A stretch of 64,000 nucleotides of DNA, taken from the human T2T-CHM13v2.0 reference genome, Homo sapiens. The notes beneath the pieces are model-generated. The model was not told the origin of the DNA and made no database searches. It saw only the letters and a program-made list of their open reading frames with translations. Position numbers and translations under genes: made by a program. Below are positions 26,991-39,270 of this stretch, piece after piece (position 1 is the first letter of the stretch; each line of letters opens with the position of its first letter). The DNA is taken from NCBI RefSeq assembly GCF_009914755.1, contig NC_060944.1. One strand, 5' to 3'.

Positions 26991-27570
26991 TCTAGATTTA
27001 TGAAGACCATTAAATAAGATAACATATGTAAGAACACTTTGTGTGTGTCCTATCCTGTTAAGAAAAGCCATCTCATATGCATTTTTATTTAGCTGCTGAC
27101 TTAACTTCTTTATAATGCTCATTTTTCCCTTAACAACATTTTTGAAAACTATTCATGTGTATTAGTCTTATTAAAATGAATGTTCAAACCAGGTTGACAA
27201 GCAGGTAATGTAGACTTTCCCACCCCTCCCCTGTTTACCCAAGAGATTTGGTAGTTACCTTAAAGGCAGAATGTTATAAGTACTGAGATATCTGCAGTTT
27301 TTTCTTCTTCTTTGGGCATAAAAATTATTAAATGAGGAAGAAGGTTGCATTTTATAAGTGATTTGTTGGACAATTTAGGGTGGTTGTTTTGTGTGTTGTT
27401 GTCTAACATTATCTAAAATAAATATAAACCATCCATGTAAATTTAGATTTTGTAGCAGGCACATCATAAAACATAAAAAAAATGTAAAATCAATTTTTAT
27501 ATCTATTGTATTTAACCCAGTGTATTAGTCAGCATTCCCATAGAGACAGAACTGATAGGATATGTATATA

Positions 27571-27894
27571 CAGTCATCCCTCAGTATCTGTGGGGGACTG
27601 GTTCTAGGATGTCCTCTCAGATACCAAAATTTGCAGACATACAAGTTCCTTATACAAAATGGTATAGTAATTGCATATAACCTATGCACACACTCCCATG
27701 TATTTTAAATCATCTCTAGAGTCCTCATAATACCTAATACAATTTAAATGCTATGTAAATAGTTGTTATACTGTGTTTTAAATTTGCATTATTTTTATTG
27801 TTGTATTGGGGGGGTTTAATTTCTTTCAAATATTGTGGTTTTGTGGTTGGTCAAATCAGAGGATGTGGAACCTGCAGGGACAGAGGGCCTACTG
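27571..27894. mobile_element. MER2 (Tigger family MITE)
   Basis: TIRs cagtcatccctcagtatc / gggacagagggcctactg, preceded by TA. Confidence 0.88.
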
Positions 27895-27900
27895 AATGTG

Positions 27901-28222
27901 TATGTATAGACATAGATATAGACATATACATAGACACAGACATGTAGCTATAGACAGACATAGATATAGATATATAGACATAGACACAGACACATACAGA
28001 TATAGACATAGACACAGACACAAATCCAGACATACAGACATAGACACAGATATAGATACAGACATAGATATAGCTGTAGACGTAGACATAGACACAGACA
28101 CAGACATAGATATAGACAGACATGGATATACACGTAGACATGTAGATATAGACTCAGACACAGACGCAGATGTGTGTATCTAGACATAGACACAGACATA
28201 TATAGACATAGATATAGATATA
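27901..28222. repeat. Degenerate hexamer tandem repeat (ATAGAC/ACAGAC/ATAGAT)n, about 53 units
   Basis: Direct reading. Confidence 0.95.
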
Positions 28223-29119
28223 TGAGAGGGAATTTATTAGGGGAGTTGGCTTACAGGATTATGGAAGCTGAGAAGGCTCATGATAGTCCGTCTACATTCT
28301 GGAGCCCCTGGGATGCTGGGAGCATGGCTTAGCTCAAGTCCAAAAGCCTCTGAACCAGGGAAACCAATGACATAATCCTCAGTCTGAAACTGAATGCTTC
28401 AGGACCCAGGGAGGTGCTGGCACAAATCCTTGGGTACCCAGGACAGAGGGCCTGGAGTACTGATGGCCAGGAGCAGGAGGAAGAAAGAGTCCCAGCTCTG
28501 AAGGGGAGATAGAAAAGAAATCCTTTCCTTTCCTTTTTTATTCTATCTTGGCCCCCAGCCCATGGTATGGTGCCCACCCGCACTGAGGGAGATCTTCCCC
28601 ACGCAGTCCATTGACTCAGGCACCAGTTTCCTCTGGAAACTCCCTCACAGGCACACCCAGACATAGTGCTCTACCAGCTCTCTAGGTATTCCTTCATTCA
28701 GTCAAGCTGACACCTAAAATTAACCATCACATGCAATATATTCAAGGTATTATAATTTCAATATGCAATCAATATAAAAAGTCATTGTTGAGATAGTTCA
28801 CATATTTTTGGTACTAAGCCTTTTGAGTCTAGTTTGTATTTCACACTTATAGCACATCTGCCTGCCTTATCTCCAACCCCAACAAGTGGTCCTAAGCATG
28901 CAAACATTCTTTGCCCTTGCTCATCTAGGAGGAGCTCATTCCCTGTGGAGGTTTTACTTCTAGATTTCTTTGTGTCCACATTTCTTTGGGCTTTAAATAA
29001 AAGTAAGAGTTTTTTCCCCCCCTCTTTGTTTTTTCAATGATTTCTTACTGATTGGTATAAAAGTCTTCCCTGTCCTTCTCTGTTTGTTCTTGATTTCAGC
29101 TTATTTGTCTGAAAGTAAT

Positions 29120-29900
29120 AGAAATTCCTTCAAATTAGCTTAGGAAAAAATAAGTGAAATTGTTGTAAAAACACACAAGTGTCCCAGACTTTCAGGGAAA
29201 TGGTAAGCGATGCCTCCAGGAGAACAAGAACCAGGAACAAAAAAGCCATCAGGAAGCAGAGAGGAAGAGCCTTTTTTTTTTCTTTTTCTTTTTTTTTTTT
29301 TTTGAGACGGAGTGTCACTCTTGTTGCCCAGGCTGGAGTGTAGTGGTGATCTTGGCTCACTGCAACCTCCGCCTCCTGGGTTCAAGTGATTCTCCTGCCT
29401 CAGCCTCCTGAGTAGCTAGGATTACAAGTGCCCACCACCATGCCCAGCTAATTTTTGTATTTTTAGTAGAGACGGGGTTTCACCATGTTGGCCAGGCTGG
29501 CCTCGAACTCCTGAACTCAGGTGATCCACCCGCCTCAGCCTCTGAAAGTGCTGGGATTACAGGCATGAGCCACTGCGCCCAGCAAGGAAGGTCTTTTTCA
29601 TTATTCTCGCTCTGGGGCTCAGGTGTCTGGTAGTTACACATTTGTGCTTCACTTTTTTTCTTCTCTTTTCAGTTTTCTCTGCTTCGTTTTACATAAAGAA
29701 AATTGGCCACCCTTGCCATGGCACAATATTGTTTCCCAGCTCTTTTCCCTTCAGCTGACCAACATGTCAGTGTCCTATTCCACACTCCTAGGAAGGAGAA
29801 ACTGCTTAGCACAACTTTCATGAGGGGTCCACTCTTAGTCCAATCAGCTCTTGCCAAGGGCCAGGGTCTTTCCATATAAACATGGCTGTGGTGACTCACT
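29120..29900. mobile_element. Ancient MaLR/ERVL LTR interrupted by an Alu
   Basis: tcaaattagcttaggaaaaaa...ggtccactcttagtccaatcagct. Confidence 0.45.
29272..29584 (-). mobile_element. AluS
   Basis: Reverse-complement Alu; degenerate TSD aggaagagcc/aggaaggtc. Confidence 0.95.
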
Positions 29901-30210
29901 CCTGTGCTTAGACAGCTCTTAGAGAGAGGGGATCTGACATCTTCTCTCCAGATATTCTAATAGGTGATTTAAAAATAGAACCCTCTAACTCACTTTGCTC
30001 CAATCTCACTCATACTCACCAAAAAGAGCCTTAGTGTAAAGTATTATTTGGACATTATTATTGGAGGCCATATTGGTATATATTTATGAAATGTCTGACA
30101 TCAATTAGCATACATATTAAATGTCAATCTTATTCTCAAAAACTAATTTAGAACTGTCTAACCATCTTTTTTTTTTCCAGAAACTAATTTGGAAGTGTCT
30201 AACCAGCTAT

Positions 30211-31066
30211 TGTAACTGAGAGCCCCATTTTCCTAAAAGTTATCTTTACCTTTTCTGTTTTTCCTTGTGTGTTCACCTCTTACTTCGCTCTTTAAGAATG
30301 CAATTGTAACTGTTACCTTCTCTCCACCAGGCAGTTCCTGCACGGCAAGCTTATCTAACTATATGTTTGCTTAGAAATTCTAAGGACCAAATGTTGGACC
30401 AAACCGTGCACCCTCAGGGATTCTCTCCTACCATGAGATTGACAATGGTCAATTTATAGCCCAGCTTTACCCAAGATGGTGCCAGACAGACCATCTAAGG
30501 GGTAAGACATTGAAGCAAGTTATGGGGACTCCACACCTCCTCATTCTCTCTCCTGCCTGCCACTCATGCCAAGTGCCCCCATCCACCTTTTTTTGAGACA
30601 GGGTCTCACTCTGTCACCCAGGAGTGCAGTGGTGCGATCATGGCTCACTGCAGTCTGGAACTCTTGGACTCGAGTGATCCTCCCACCTCAGCCTCCTGAG
30701 TAGCTGGGACTACAAGCATGCCACCACACTGGGCTAATTTTTTGTATTTGTTGTAGACATGGTTTTTTTTTTTTTTTGCCATGTTGCCTAGGCTGGTCTT
30801 GAATTCCTGGGCTCAAGCAATCCACCCACCTCCACCTTCCAAAGTGCTGGGATTACAGGCATGAGCCACCATACCCAACACCAAGTGTCCCTTTTAAAGC
30901 CCCTGCTTTCTGCCCCAAAAGCTGAAGTGTTTCCCTTAGAGGCAGGAGCCTGTACTGTTTCCCCTCAGCTAAGCTCTGGAGTAAAGCTTGTTTAATTTCT
31001 ACCAAACCTTCCTCTTGTTAACTGGACTTGGCAAGCAGCAAGAGGCCAGACCTGCATTTGGTTATA
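30211..31066 (+). mobile_element. ERV1 solo LTR (MER67-like) with an internal AluJ
   Basis: TGTAACTGAGAGCCCCATTTTCC...GGTTATA; 4-bp TSD ctat 30207-30210 / 31067-31070. Confidence 0.75.
30588..30880 (-). mobile_element. AluJ
   Basis: Diverged Alu; TSD ccaagtgcccc 30569-30579 / ccaagtgtccc 30881-30891. Confidence 0.92.
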
Positions 31067-32484
31067 CTATCTTCTCCAATAGCAAATTAGCAGATTACAA
31101 ATCTCATTGAATAATCAGAAAGTAATTCTCATTTATTGCCTAAACACAAGTAGCAGTAGTCTTCTCCTGTGCACACTCATTGAAGTTTTTTTTTTACTGA
31201 TTAATGTAAAAAAATTTAAGATCTATATTCAATTATAATTATGGACATCTTACTAGGGTCCTGAGGGCAGATAACAAAGTACATATGAATGGCAAAATGA
31301 GTGTAGAGTGAGCGAATGATATTCCTTCATAGTCTTGATTTGAGTTTTAAGTTTGGGGGGGGTCCATTGAATAATTTATTGATAAAGAAGTTTGCCTATA
31401 TGTGGCTCTCACTGTTAGCCAATCCAATGGCACTATACATATGGATGAGATACTAGGTCTTGTCTTCTCAATGATATCAACATAAATTACTCACCTGTTT
31501 ATCTTCTCTCAAAATATTTAGACAATATTGATTCTATCAGGGCAGTAACTAGCTTAATGTCTCCCTAATAAACTTCCATTTAAGAAGGAAGAGATTTATG
31601 CCTACCAATGTTAGCAGCAAAATAATGTGTCCATTCAGGCAGGTCCTTCTGGGGTTGGGAGGTTTTCTTTTGGAATCTGGAATGCCCCATAAATCAACAC
31701 AAGGCCTTAAGTACTGAGGTCATTACAGAATTATTGGTAAAACATAGTGTTCGAATATAATGAAACACAGGCCACATACGTGTCCATAAACATGAAGCCC
31801 CATAGTTCAGCAGTTACAAGCCCAGAATGCAATGTATTCGATGACAATTTTCAAGATGAAGAGTTGTAGAGCTCAACCACGTACTAAATATATCGAAGAT
31901 TTAGAATTGATCTATAGTCCACCGAGGCCCTCTGATTACTTACTGATGTCAGCATCACTCATGAATTATGTGTCTGTGTGTTCCTCATGAATATAAATTC
32001 CAATCTCTCTGGCGTAGTTATATGGAGTTAGATCATTTGTGTGATGACATTTCCCATGTGCTGAGGGGGAAAGGGAGACATTTTATAGTGTTTAAAAAAC
32101 ATGAACAGTTTTCTGGCACGAAGAAAATCATCAAGAGCCCAGAAAAACACAACGTGTCTCCCATCTCCTGCTAACATACAATAGTCAACTTAAACCCTAA
32201 CAATAATTGTATTTCAGATCATATTTGCCCTCTCTGCTTCTCACCTTCTGCATCATTTCTTGTTAAATTCAGAAAAAAATGTAGTTGTCTTAATCAAAAA
32301 TTGTTTTCTGGCAGTCTTTAGTTGGAGGGCTCTAGCTTTCATGGAGATCATTTGGGCTCAAAAATGAATTAGTTACTTTCTCTTTTCTAGTTGTTTTTTT
32401 TAAAAGTGGAATTAGTAAGCATCTGTATCAGTGAGGATTTTCCAGAGAAATAGAATCAGTACGGGGAGATAACAAATGATGGAT

Positions 32485-32528
<44 letters not shown>
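32485..32528. repeat. (GATA)11 tetranucleotide STR
   Basis: Direct reading. Confidence 0.98.
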
Positions 32529-32572
32529 TTCATTGAATCCAAGGAATTCATTTATATAATTAAGAAGGTTGG

Positions 32573-32943
32573 TGTCCTTCTTAATTCGTCTGTTTTCACA
32601 CTGCTGATAAAGACATACCTGAGACTGCGTAGTTTATAAAGAAAAAGAGGCTTAATGGACTTACAGTTCCACATGGCTGGGGAGGCCTCACAATAATGGT
32701 GGAAGGCGAAAGGCACGCCTTACCTGGTGGCAGACAAGACAGAATGAGAACCAAGTGAAAGGGGGAAACCCTTTATGAAAACATTAGATCTCATGAGACT
32801 TATTCACTACCAAGAGGGCAGTATGGGGGAAACTGCCCACATGATTCAATTATCTCCCACTGGGTCCCTCCCACAATATGCGGGAATTATGGGAGCTACA
32901 ATTCAAGATGAGATTTGGGTGGGGACACAGCGAAACTATATCA
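32573..32943 (-). mobile_element. THE1B-like solo LTR
   Basis: tgttttcacactgctgataaagacatacc...gacacagcgaaactatatca; flanks gttgg/gtggg. Confidence 0.92.
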
Positions 32944-33247
32944 GTGGGCAAGTCTGAAATCTGTAGGATAAGACAGAACACGGGGAACTAGGGCAGGATC
33001 TGATGTCTTGAGTCCTGTGTCTTGAGGCAGAATTTCTTCTTCTGCAGGGAAACCTCAGTTTTGATCCAGAGGTCTTTCAACTGATTTAGATGAAATCCTC
33101 TTGGATTATCAAAGACAATGTCCTTTAAAGTGAAGTCAACTGATTGGAGATGTTAACTCCTTCAAGTACCTTCACAGGAACACTTAGATTAGTGTTTCTA
33201 ATGATAGCCTAGCTGGGTTGACATTATAAAACTAACCATTGAAGTAT

Positions 33248-33975
33248 CCTTTGGTTGTAAATTGTAGCACAGCTAATCAAACTAACTTCCTAATATTGGC
33301 TAAGGCCGACTGAGGGTTACTTATATGCAGGCCCTGTTCTGACACTTTATATGTGTCATCTCATCCCAAGATCTCACTGCTAGTCATGCCAGAGGGTGAG
33401 ATTTGAAGTCAACCAGTCTGACTCCCAAGGTTGAACACTGAACTGCTATACTATTTTGACTCCAAGTATCTCAAAAGAAAATTTATTCGATTGTATATTT
33501 GCATTGTCAATGGGGTGGCTCTAGTTTCAGGTATGGCCAGATCCAGAGCTCAGAGGATATGATTAAGACTTTTGTTTCTCTATTTGCTTTGTTTTCATTC
33601 TCAGGAAGGTCATCTTTTTAGTGACAGCTCCAGGTTTATGTTTTCTGAGCTCCAAAACTCCGGAGGAAGGAGAGATAAGAGAACTTCCCTTTCTCGGTAG
33701 TTCAGAGAGAATTCCTCAGATTGCCTCTGAGATGCTTGCTTGGGTCATCCACTCATTCCTCAATGAATGACCAAGGTCAGGAGAATGGGATGCGCTGGTA
33801 GACCAGGCGTGGGTCGTAGGTCTACTTCTGAGGTGAGCAGTGGTGTACTGTCCCTGCCTGCAGCACCCAGGGTGAGAGTGGGAAAGCTGGATTGTGGTTG
33901 AAAATCAGGGTGTCAACATCAGAAGAGGAAATAGATGCTGAGCAGGCAAGAAAGACAGACATCCCCAGTAATTTT
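33248..33975. mobile_element. Ancient MLT1 LTR with an internal MIR fragment (about 33295-33460)
   Basis: tttggttgtaaa...aaactaactt | MIR | aaaagaaaatttatt...ttcaggtatggccagatccagagctc. Confidence 0.55.
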
Positions 33976-34499
33976 TGCCACTGCAGATTAAGAACATCTT
34001 CTATAGGATCAACTCCAAATTTCTTACCAGGACTCAAGGAATCCTTCTCAATTCTGTCTCCAGCCTTATTTTCTGCTCTTTTTTTAGTTTGCTGCCATCA
34101 GACTGATTTCCCCCTCGTTGCTTCCTGCCATGCCACATCATCCTGCATCCCTCCCTCTTCACAGGCCATTTCCCTGCCGTGACTGCTTTTCCTGGACACA
34201 CCACTTCGTTTTGCAAACACTGACTCGCATTTTACCATTTTACGAAAGCCTTTATCATGCTGCCATGAATTCATTGATTTGTTCCTTTATTCATTCCTTC
34301 ATTAACACTTATTACATTCAGTGTAATGCAAAAATGTTGAGGATGTGGTGGGAAACTGGGCAGACCTGGCCCCTCTCCTCATGGGGTCGTCTCCTTTCAT
34401 GACACTTGATCATGAGCCTAACAAGGTTAGGGTCTGTGCCTGATACACCTTTGTATCTCTGGAACTTAAAGAGTAGCCCCAAAGAAGATGTAAAGGCAA

Positions 34500-34730
34500 G
34501 TGGGGTCTGGAGTCATACCGACCAGGTTAGCAGTCTAGTTCTGCTGTGTGAACTTGGGTGAATTGTTGAATCTTCCTGCACCTCAATGTCCTCTTCTCTA
34601 AAATGGGAATAAAAATTTCTACCTTGTTAGATGGTTTTGAATATTCAATAAGATAATGTATATAAAGTGAGCATCATTGCATTTAGCATACGATAAGCAT
34701 TCAATCAAATAGTAAACAGCTATTATTATA
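34500..34730 (+). mobile_element. MIR
   Basis: ctgtgtgaacttgggtgaattg...cctcttctctaaaatgggaataa. Confidence 0.8.
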
Positions 34731-35853
34731 ATAAATACTCAATATATGCTTGAATGAATACCTGGTTAAATCAACCATGTGATTGTAATGGCGTCACTTT
34801 TCTTGAGGTGGGGAGAAAACAGCTTTCATGGCACTGCCTTCTTTCAAAAGTGAAAGCCCTGGATTTAAACACGAACATAAGAAACTTGAAATGTTATAAT
34901 GACACTTCAATGTGAAGACATTGACTCATCCCCATAAAACAGCTTCTTCAAAGAAAGGTGATTACAACTTAGGTGTGCTTGGTGGAAATTCTCACTATGC
35001 TTCACAACCGAGATTCTTTCCTTGCAGTGTTTTCCGTATTTAATGGAGTTGGGATTCGCGATTCCCTTTGAGAATAGGTAACAAAGCAAAGTTTTATATT
35101 TTCTCCCTCAAGCAATGTAATGATTAATGGAATGTATAACTGCCTTCTCATATTATCAACCCATTTACCCAAGGACTCAGTACAGTCCTTTTCATATTAT
35201 TTTCTATTAAATGATGCATGCCACCCAACATCTGGAGACTTGGCTTCAAATCTGGGCTGAAGCTACAAATAAAAGTGGATTTAATTGTCTCTATTTAGTA
35301 GATTAGCAAATTCATAATCGGGCCAGTGCTGTTTCTGGGGGAATTTGGAATGGTGAAGGCTGAGGTACTCTCACTTAAGGCCAGAGTTTGTGAACTGAGT
35401 TGGGGAAAGTTAAAAAGAGACTTCTGTTTTTGCATGTGCACACGGAGACAAATGCAGAGACAGACACTGCAGCTGTTTGTCATAGCTAAAAAAGCAAAAC
35501 GACCTAATTTTCCATCGACAGGGGAAATGAGAAGTAAACTTGTTTATTCATGCAATGGATTATGTTTCAGCAGATCTACGTAAATTGTACATTTATAACT
35601 AGGATAAAATGCAACAACATAATGTTGAGCAAAAGACCCCATTTGTCTACATTTTTAAAGAACCGGAAATTATATTATACATTGCTTAAGATTATATGTA
35701 CACACTCTCACACACACACACACACACATATATATCTCAAAGTCTAGAAATACGTGTAATAGTCATCTCAGTAAAGGAGGAAGAAAAACATATGAGAAGT
35801 AATACTTAAGTCGTATTTGTAATTTATTATTTTATTTAAAAAGAAAAGATCCA

Positions 35854-36140
35854 GGCCGGGCACGGCGACTCACGCTTGTAATCCAGCACTTTGGGAGGCC
35901 GAGGCGGGCAGATCACTTGAGGTCAGGAGTTCAAGACCAGCCTGGCTAACATGGTGAAACCCCGTCTCTACAAAAATTAGCCGGGCGTGGTGGCGGGCGC
36001 CTGTAGTCCCAGCTACTCAGGTGGCTTGAGGCGGAAGAATCGCTTGAACCCGGGAGGCGGAGGTTGCGGTGAGCCGAGATCACAGCCATTGCCCTCCAGC
36101 CTGGGTGATAGAGCGAGACTCTGTCTCAAAGTAAATAAAT
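35854..36140 (+). mobile_element. AluS (Sx/Sz-like) within an L1ME-type remnant (about 35440-36230)
   Basis: Alu dimer; TSD aaagatcca 35845-35853 / 36141-36149. Confidence 0.95.
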
Positions 36141-36479
36141 AAAGATCCAAAGAAAATATAAAATATTAAATTTTGATGGTATGTATATGGTTGCAAAAGT
36201 ATTTTCTGAATGATTCAAATTTTTTAAATAATTAGAACCAATAAAAAGAATAAAAACTTGCAAGAGAATTTTGTGAATGTCAGAAGACTAACACATATTA
36301 TTGTTTCAGAACTTCTGGAAGGTAGAAAATTCACTCCCAACTTGATAATAATGACAGTTATAAAATGAAAGAATCTTCTATAAATTACTGAATTTTACAT
36401 GTGCCATAGAAATAATTTCTGGCCCAACAGAGATTAGAAATCAGGGATAATAATAAAGAAAAACAGCTGGCACTTCTAA

Positions 36480-36922
<443 letters not shown>

Positions 36923-36976
36923 TGGCAAATGAATTTCTAAGTCAAGATATTTCATCAGAATAGTTTGTACCTCTGG

Positions 36977-37372
36977 AGTATTTCTTTCCTAGGGTTGCAG
37001 TAAGAAAGCATGACAGACTGGGTAGTGTAATCAACAGATTAATTTTCTCACAATTCTGGAGGCTGAAAGTCTGAGATCATTGTGTCTCCTTGGTTGTCAG
37101 GGTTGCTTTCTTCTGAGGCTTCTCTTCTTGGCTTTTGGATAGCTGTCTTTCCTCTGTGTTGTCACATGACCTCCCTTCTATTTGCCTCAATATCCTTATC
37201 TCCTCTTCTTATAAGGATACCAGTCCTATTGGATTAGGATTCATTCTGACAGCCTCATTTTAACGTAATGAACTCTTTAAAGACCTTATCTCCAAATACA
37301 ATTACATTCTGTGGTACTATGGGTTAGAGCTTTAACGTGGTAATTTTGAAGGAACACAGTTTACTCTATAAC
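36977..37372 (-). mobile_element. MLT1B-like LTR
   Basis: tctcacaattctggaggctgaaagtctgagatc...tctccaaatacaattacattct...ctataaca. Confidence 0.85.
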
Positions 37373-38010
37373 ACCAAGATTTCTAGATTAGTTTTCTCTT
37401 TATTTTCATTCTACCATCCCACCTCAAGTCATTTTATCTCCACTTCTTATTTTTCTTTTTTTCCATCAAGTTTGTTTGGCTGTTCAGTTGGTTTTCTTAG
37501 AAGATTGCTTTGATTATGTAGTGATTCAGGACTTGGGTTTGAAGTTACTTCTCACTTTTAATATTATTTATATATATATGACTTTGGGGATATTATTATG
37601 CCTTTCTATGCCCAGTTTTCTCATCTGTAAAATGGAGTAATAATAGTTCCTGCATATTATGTTAGTACCTGTACCACTGATGGTTCATAAAGTGATTTTT
37701 AGGTGGAGTGTCCAAGTTTAATTTTTAAAAAACCTTCTACTGATGACAAAGGATGCTTACTTTCTCTTCATAGCAGTAATTCAAAATTTTCTTTATAAAT
37801 AAAATACGAGTTATTTAAAGTAACTCTGACCTTCAATCTTTTATTATCATGAGAATAATTTCTGAAATAGTATTGTCCTTATTGCAAATGAATATATGTT
37901 TATTGTTTTAAAAATTAGGAAATGCAGAAAAGCAAAGAGAGGAAATAAAACTTATTTGTAATTTCACCGTCACAAAATAATCAAGTTTAACATTTTAGAG
38001 TGTGTATTTC

Positions 38011-38388
38011 TGGCTTAGTTCATTTTGTGTTGTTAGAATACCATAAACTGGGTAACTTCTAAAGAACAGAAATTTATTTCTCACAGTTCTGGTGGCTGGG
38101 AAGTCTAAGATCAAGGCACCAGCATCTGGCAGGGGCCTTCTAACTGCCCCCTCACATTCAGGAGGCAGAAGGGCAAGGGAGAGTGAGTGCTGGGTTCTCA
38201 CATGGCAGAAGAACAGAGAAGAGTGAGTCAGTCTCACAAGCCCTTTTAGTGGTGGCATTAATCCATTCGGGAAGACAGAGACCTCATGACCCAAACACCT
38301 CCCACTAGGCTCCACCTCCAAGCGCTGTTACAATGGGGATTAAGTTTCTAACACATGAATTTCTGGGGGACACATTCAGACCACAGCA
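38011..38388 (-). mobile_element. MSTC/D-like LTR
   Basis: aaactgggtaacttctaaagaacagaaatttatttctcacagttctgg...acattcagaccacagca. Confidence 0.85.
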
Positions 38389-38452
38389 CCTTCTAATTAT
38401 TCTGTCTCTCTCTCTACCTATCATCTTTTACAAGTCTTTCCAATAGTAGCAT

Positions 38453-38807
38453 TGATATGGTTTGGCTCTGTGTCCCAACCCAAATCTCATCTTGAATTAT
38501 AATCCCCACATGTCGAGGGAGTGACCTGGTGGGATGTGATTGGATCATAGGGTGGTTTCCCTCATGCTATTCTTGTGATAGTGAGGGAGTTCTCACGAGA
38601 TCTGATGGTGTTAAAAGTGGCAGTTTCCCCAGCGCTCTGTCTCTCCTGTCACCTTACGAAGAAGGTACTTTCTTCTCTTTCTGCCATGATTGTAAGTTTC
38701 CTGAGGCCACCTAGACACGTAGAACTGTGAGTCAGTTAAACCTCTTTCCTTTATAAATTACCAAGTCTCAGGTATTTCCTTATAGGAGTATGAAAATGAC
38801 TAATACA
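38453..38807 (+). mobile_element. THE1D/MSTA solo LTR
   Basis: TGATATGGTTTGGCTCTGTGTCCC...GACTAATACA; perfect TSD agcat 38448-38452 / 38808-38812. Confidence 0.93.
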
Positions 38808-38829
38808 AGCATTAATCCATTATGCTGGA

Positions 38830-39270
38830 CAGTTAGATAAATAGATTGCACCCCTAAAATTCATGTCTATCAGGAACCTCAGACTATGGCCTTACTTAGA
38901 ATCTTTGTAGATGTAGTTCATCAAGACGAGGTCCTATTTGATTAGGGTCAGGCCTAATCTGATGATTGATGTGCTTCTGAGAGGAGGAGAGGACACACAG
39001 AAAGAAACACAGCATGAAGGACACCGTGTGAAAGTGGAAGCAGAGATTGGAGTGGTGCATCTATCACACGAGGATCGCTAAGAACTGCTGGCACCCACTA
39101 GAAGCTAGGACACAGGTACACAACAGATTCTCCCTCAGAGCCTCCAGAAGCAGCCACATCTGCCATTGCACTGACTTCATCTCTAAGCTCCGGAGCTTTG
39201 GGAGAATACATTTCTGTTGTTTGAAGCTACCCAGTTTGTGGTAATTTTTTATAGCCTCTTTAGGAGGCTA
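38830..39270 (+). mobile_element. MLT1C-like LTR
   Basis: gcagagattggagtg...agattctccctcagagcctccagaag...atttctgttgtttgaagctacccagtttgtggtaa. Confidence 0.82.

Larger units (their letters stand above)
27521..28731 (-). mobile_element. MLT2B/C ERVL LTR containing MER2 and a hexamer repeat
   Basis: tgtattagtcagcattcccatagagacagaac...caagctgacacctaaaattaaccatcaca. Confidence 0.88.
27440..28860. mobile_element. MER3/MER33-type hAT element split by MLT2 (parts about 27440-27520 and 28732-28860)
   Basis: tatttaacccag | caatatattcaagg...ttcaatatgcaatcaatataaaaa...tttcacacttatagcacatct rejoins as a MER3-like sequence. Confidence 0.7.
32424..33243 (-). mobile_element. MLT2 (C/D-like) LTR containing (GATA)11 and THE1
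   Basis: tgtatcagtgaggattttccagagaaatagaatc...gttgacattataaaactaacca; flanks gcatc/gtatc. Confidence 0.82.

Noticed and set aside
27851-28199. HR/ID/SV-repeat ORFs
   Set aside because: Artefacts of the stop-free hexamer repeat
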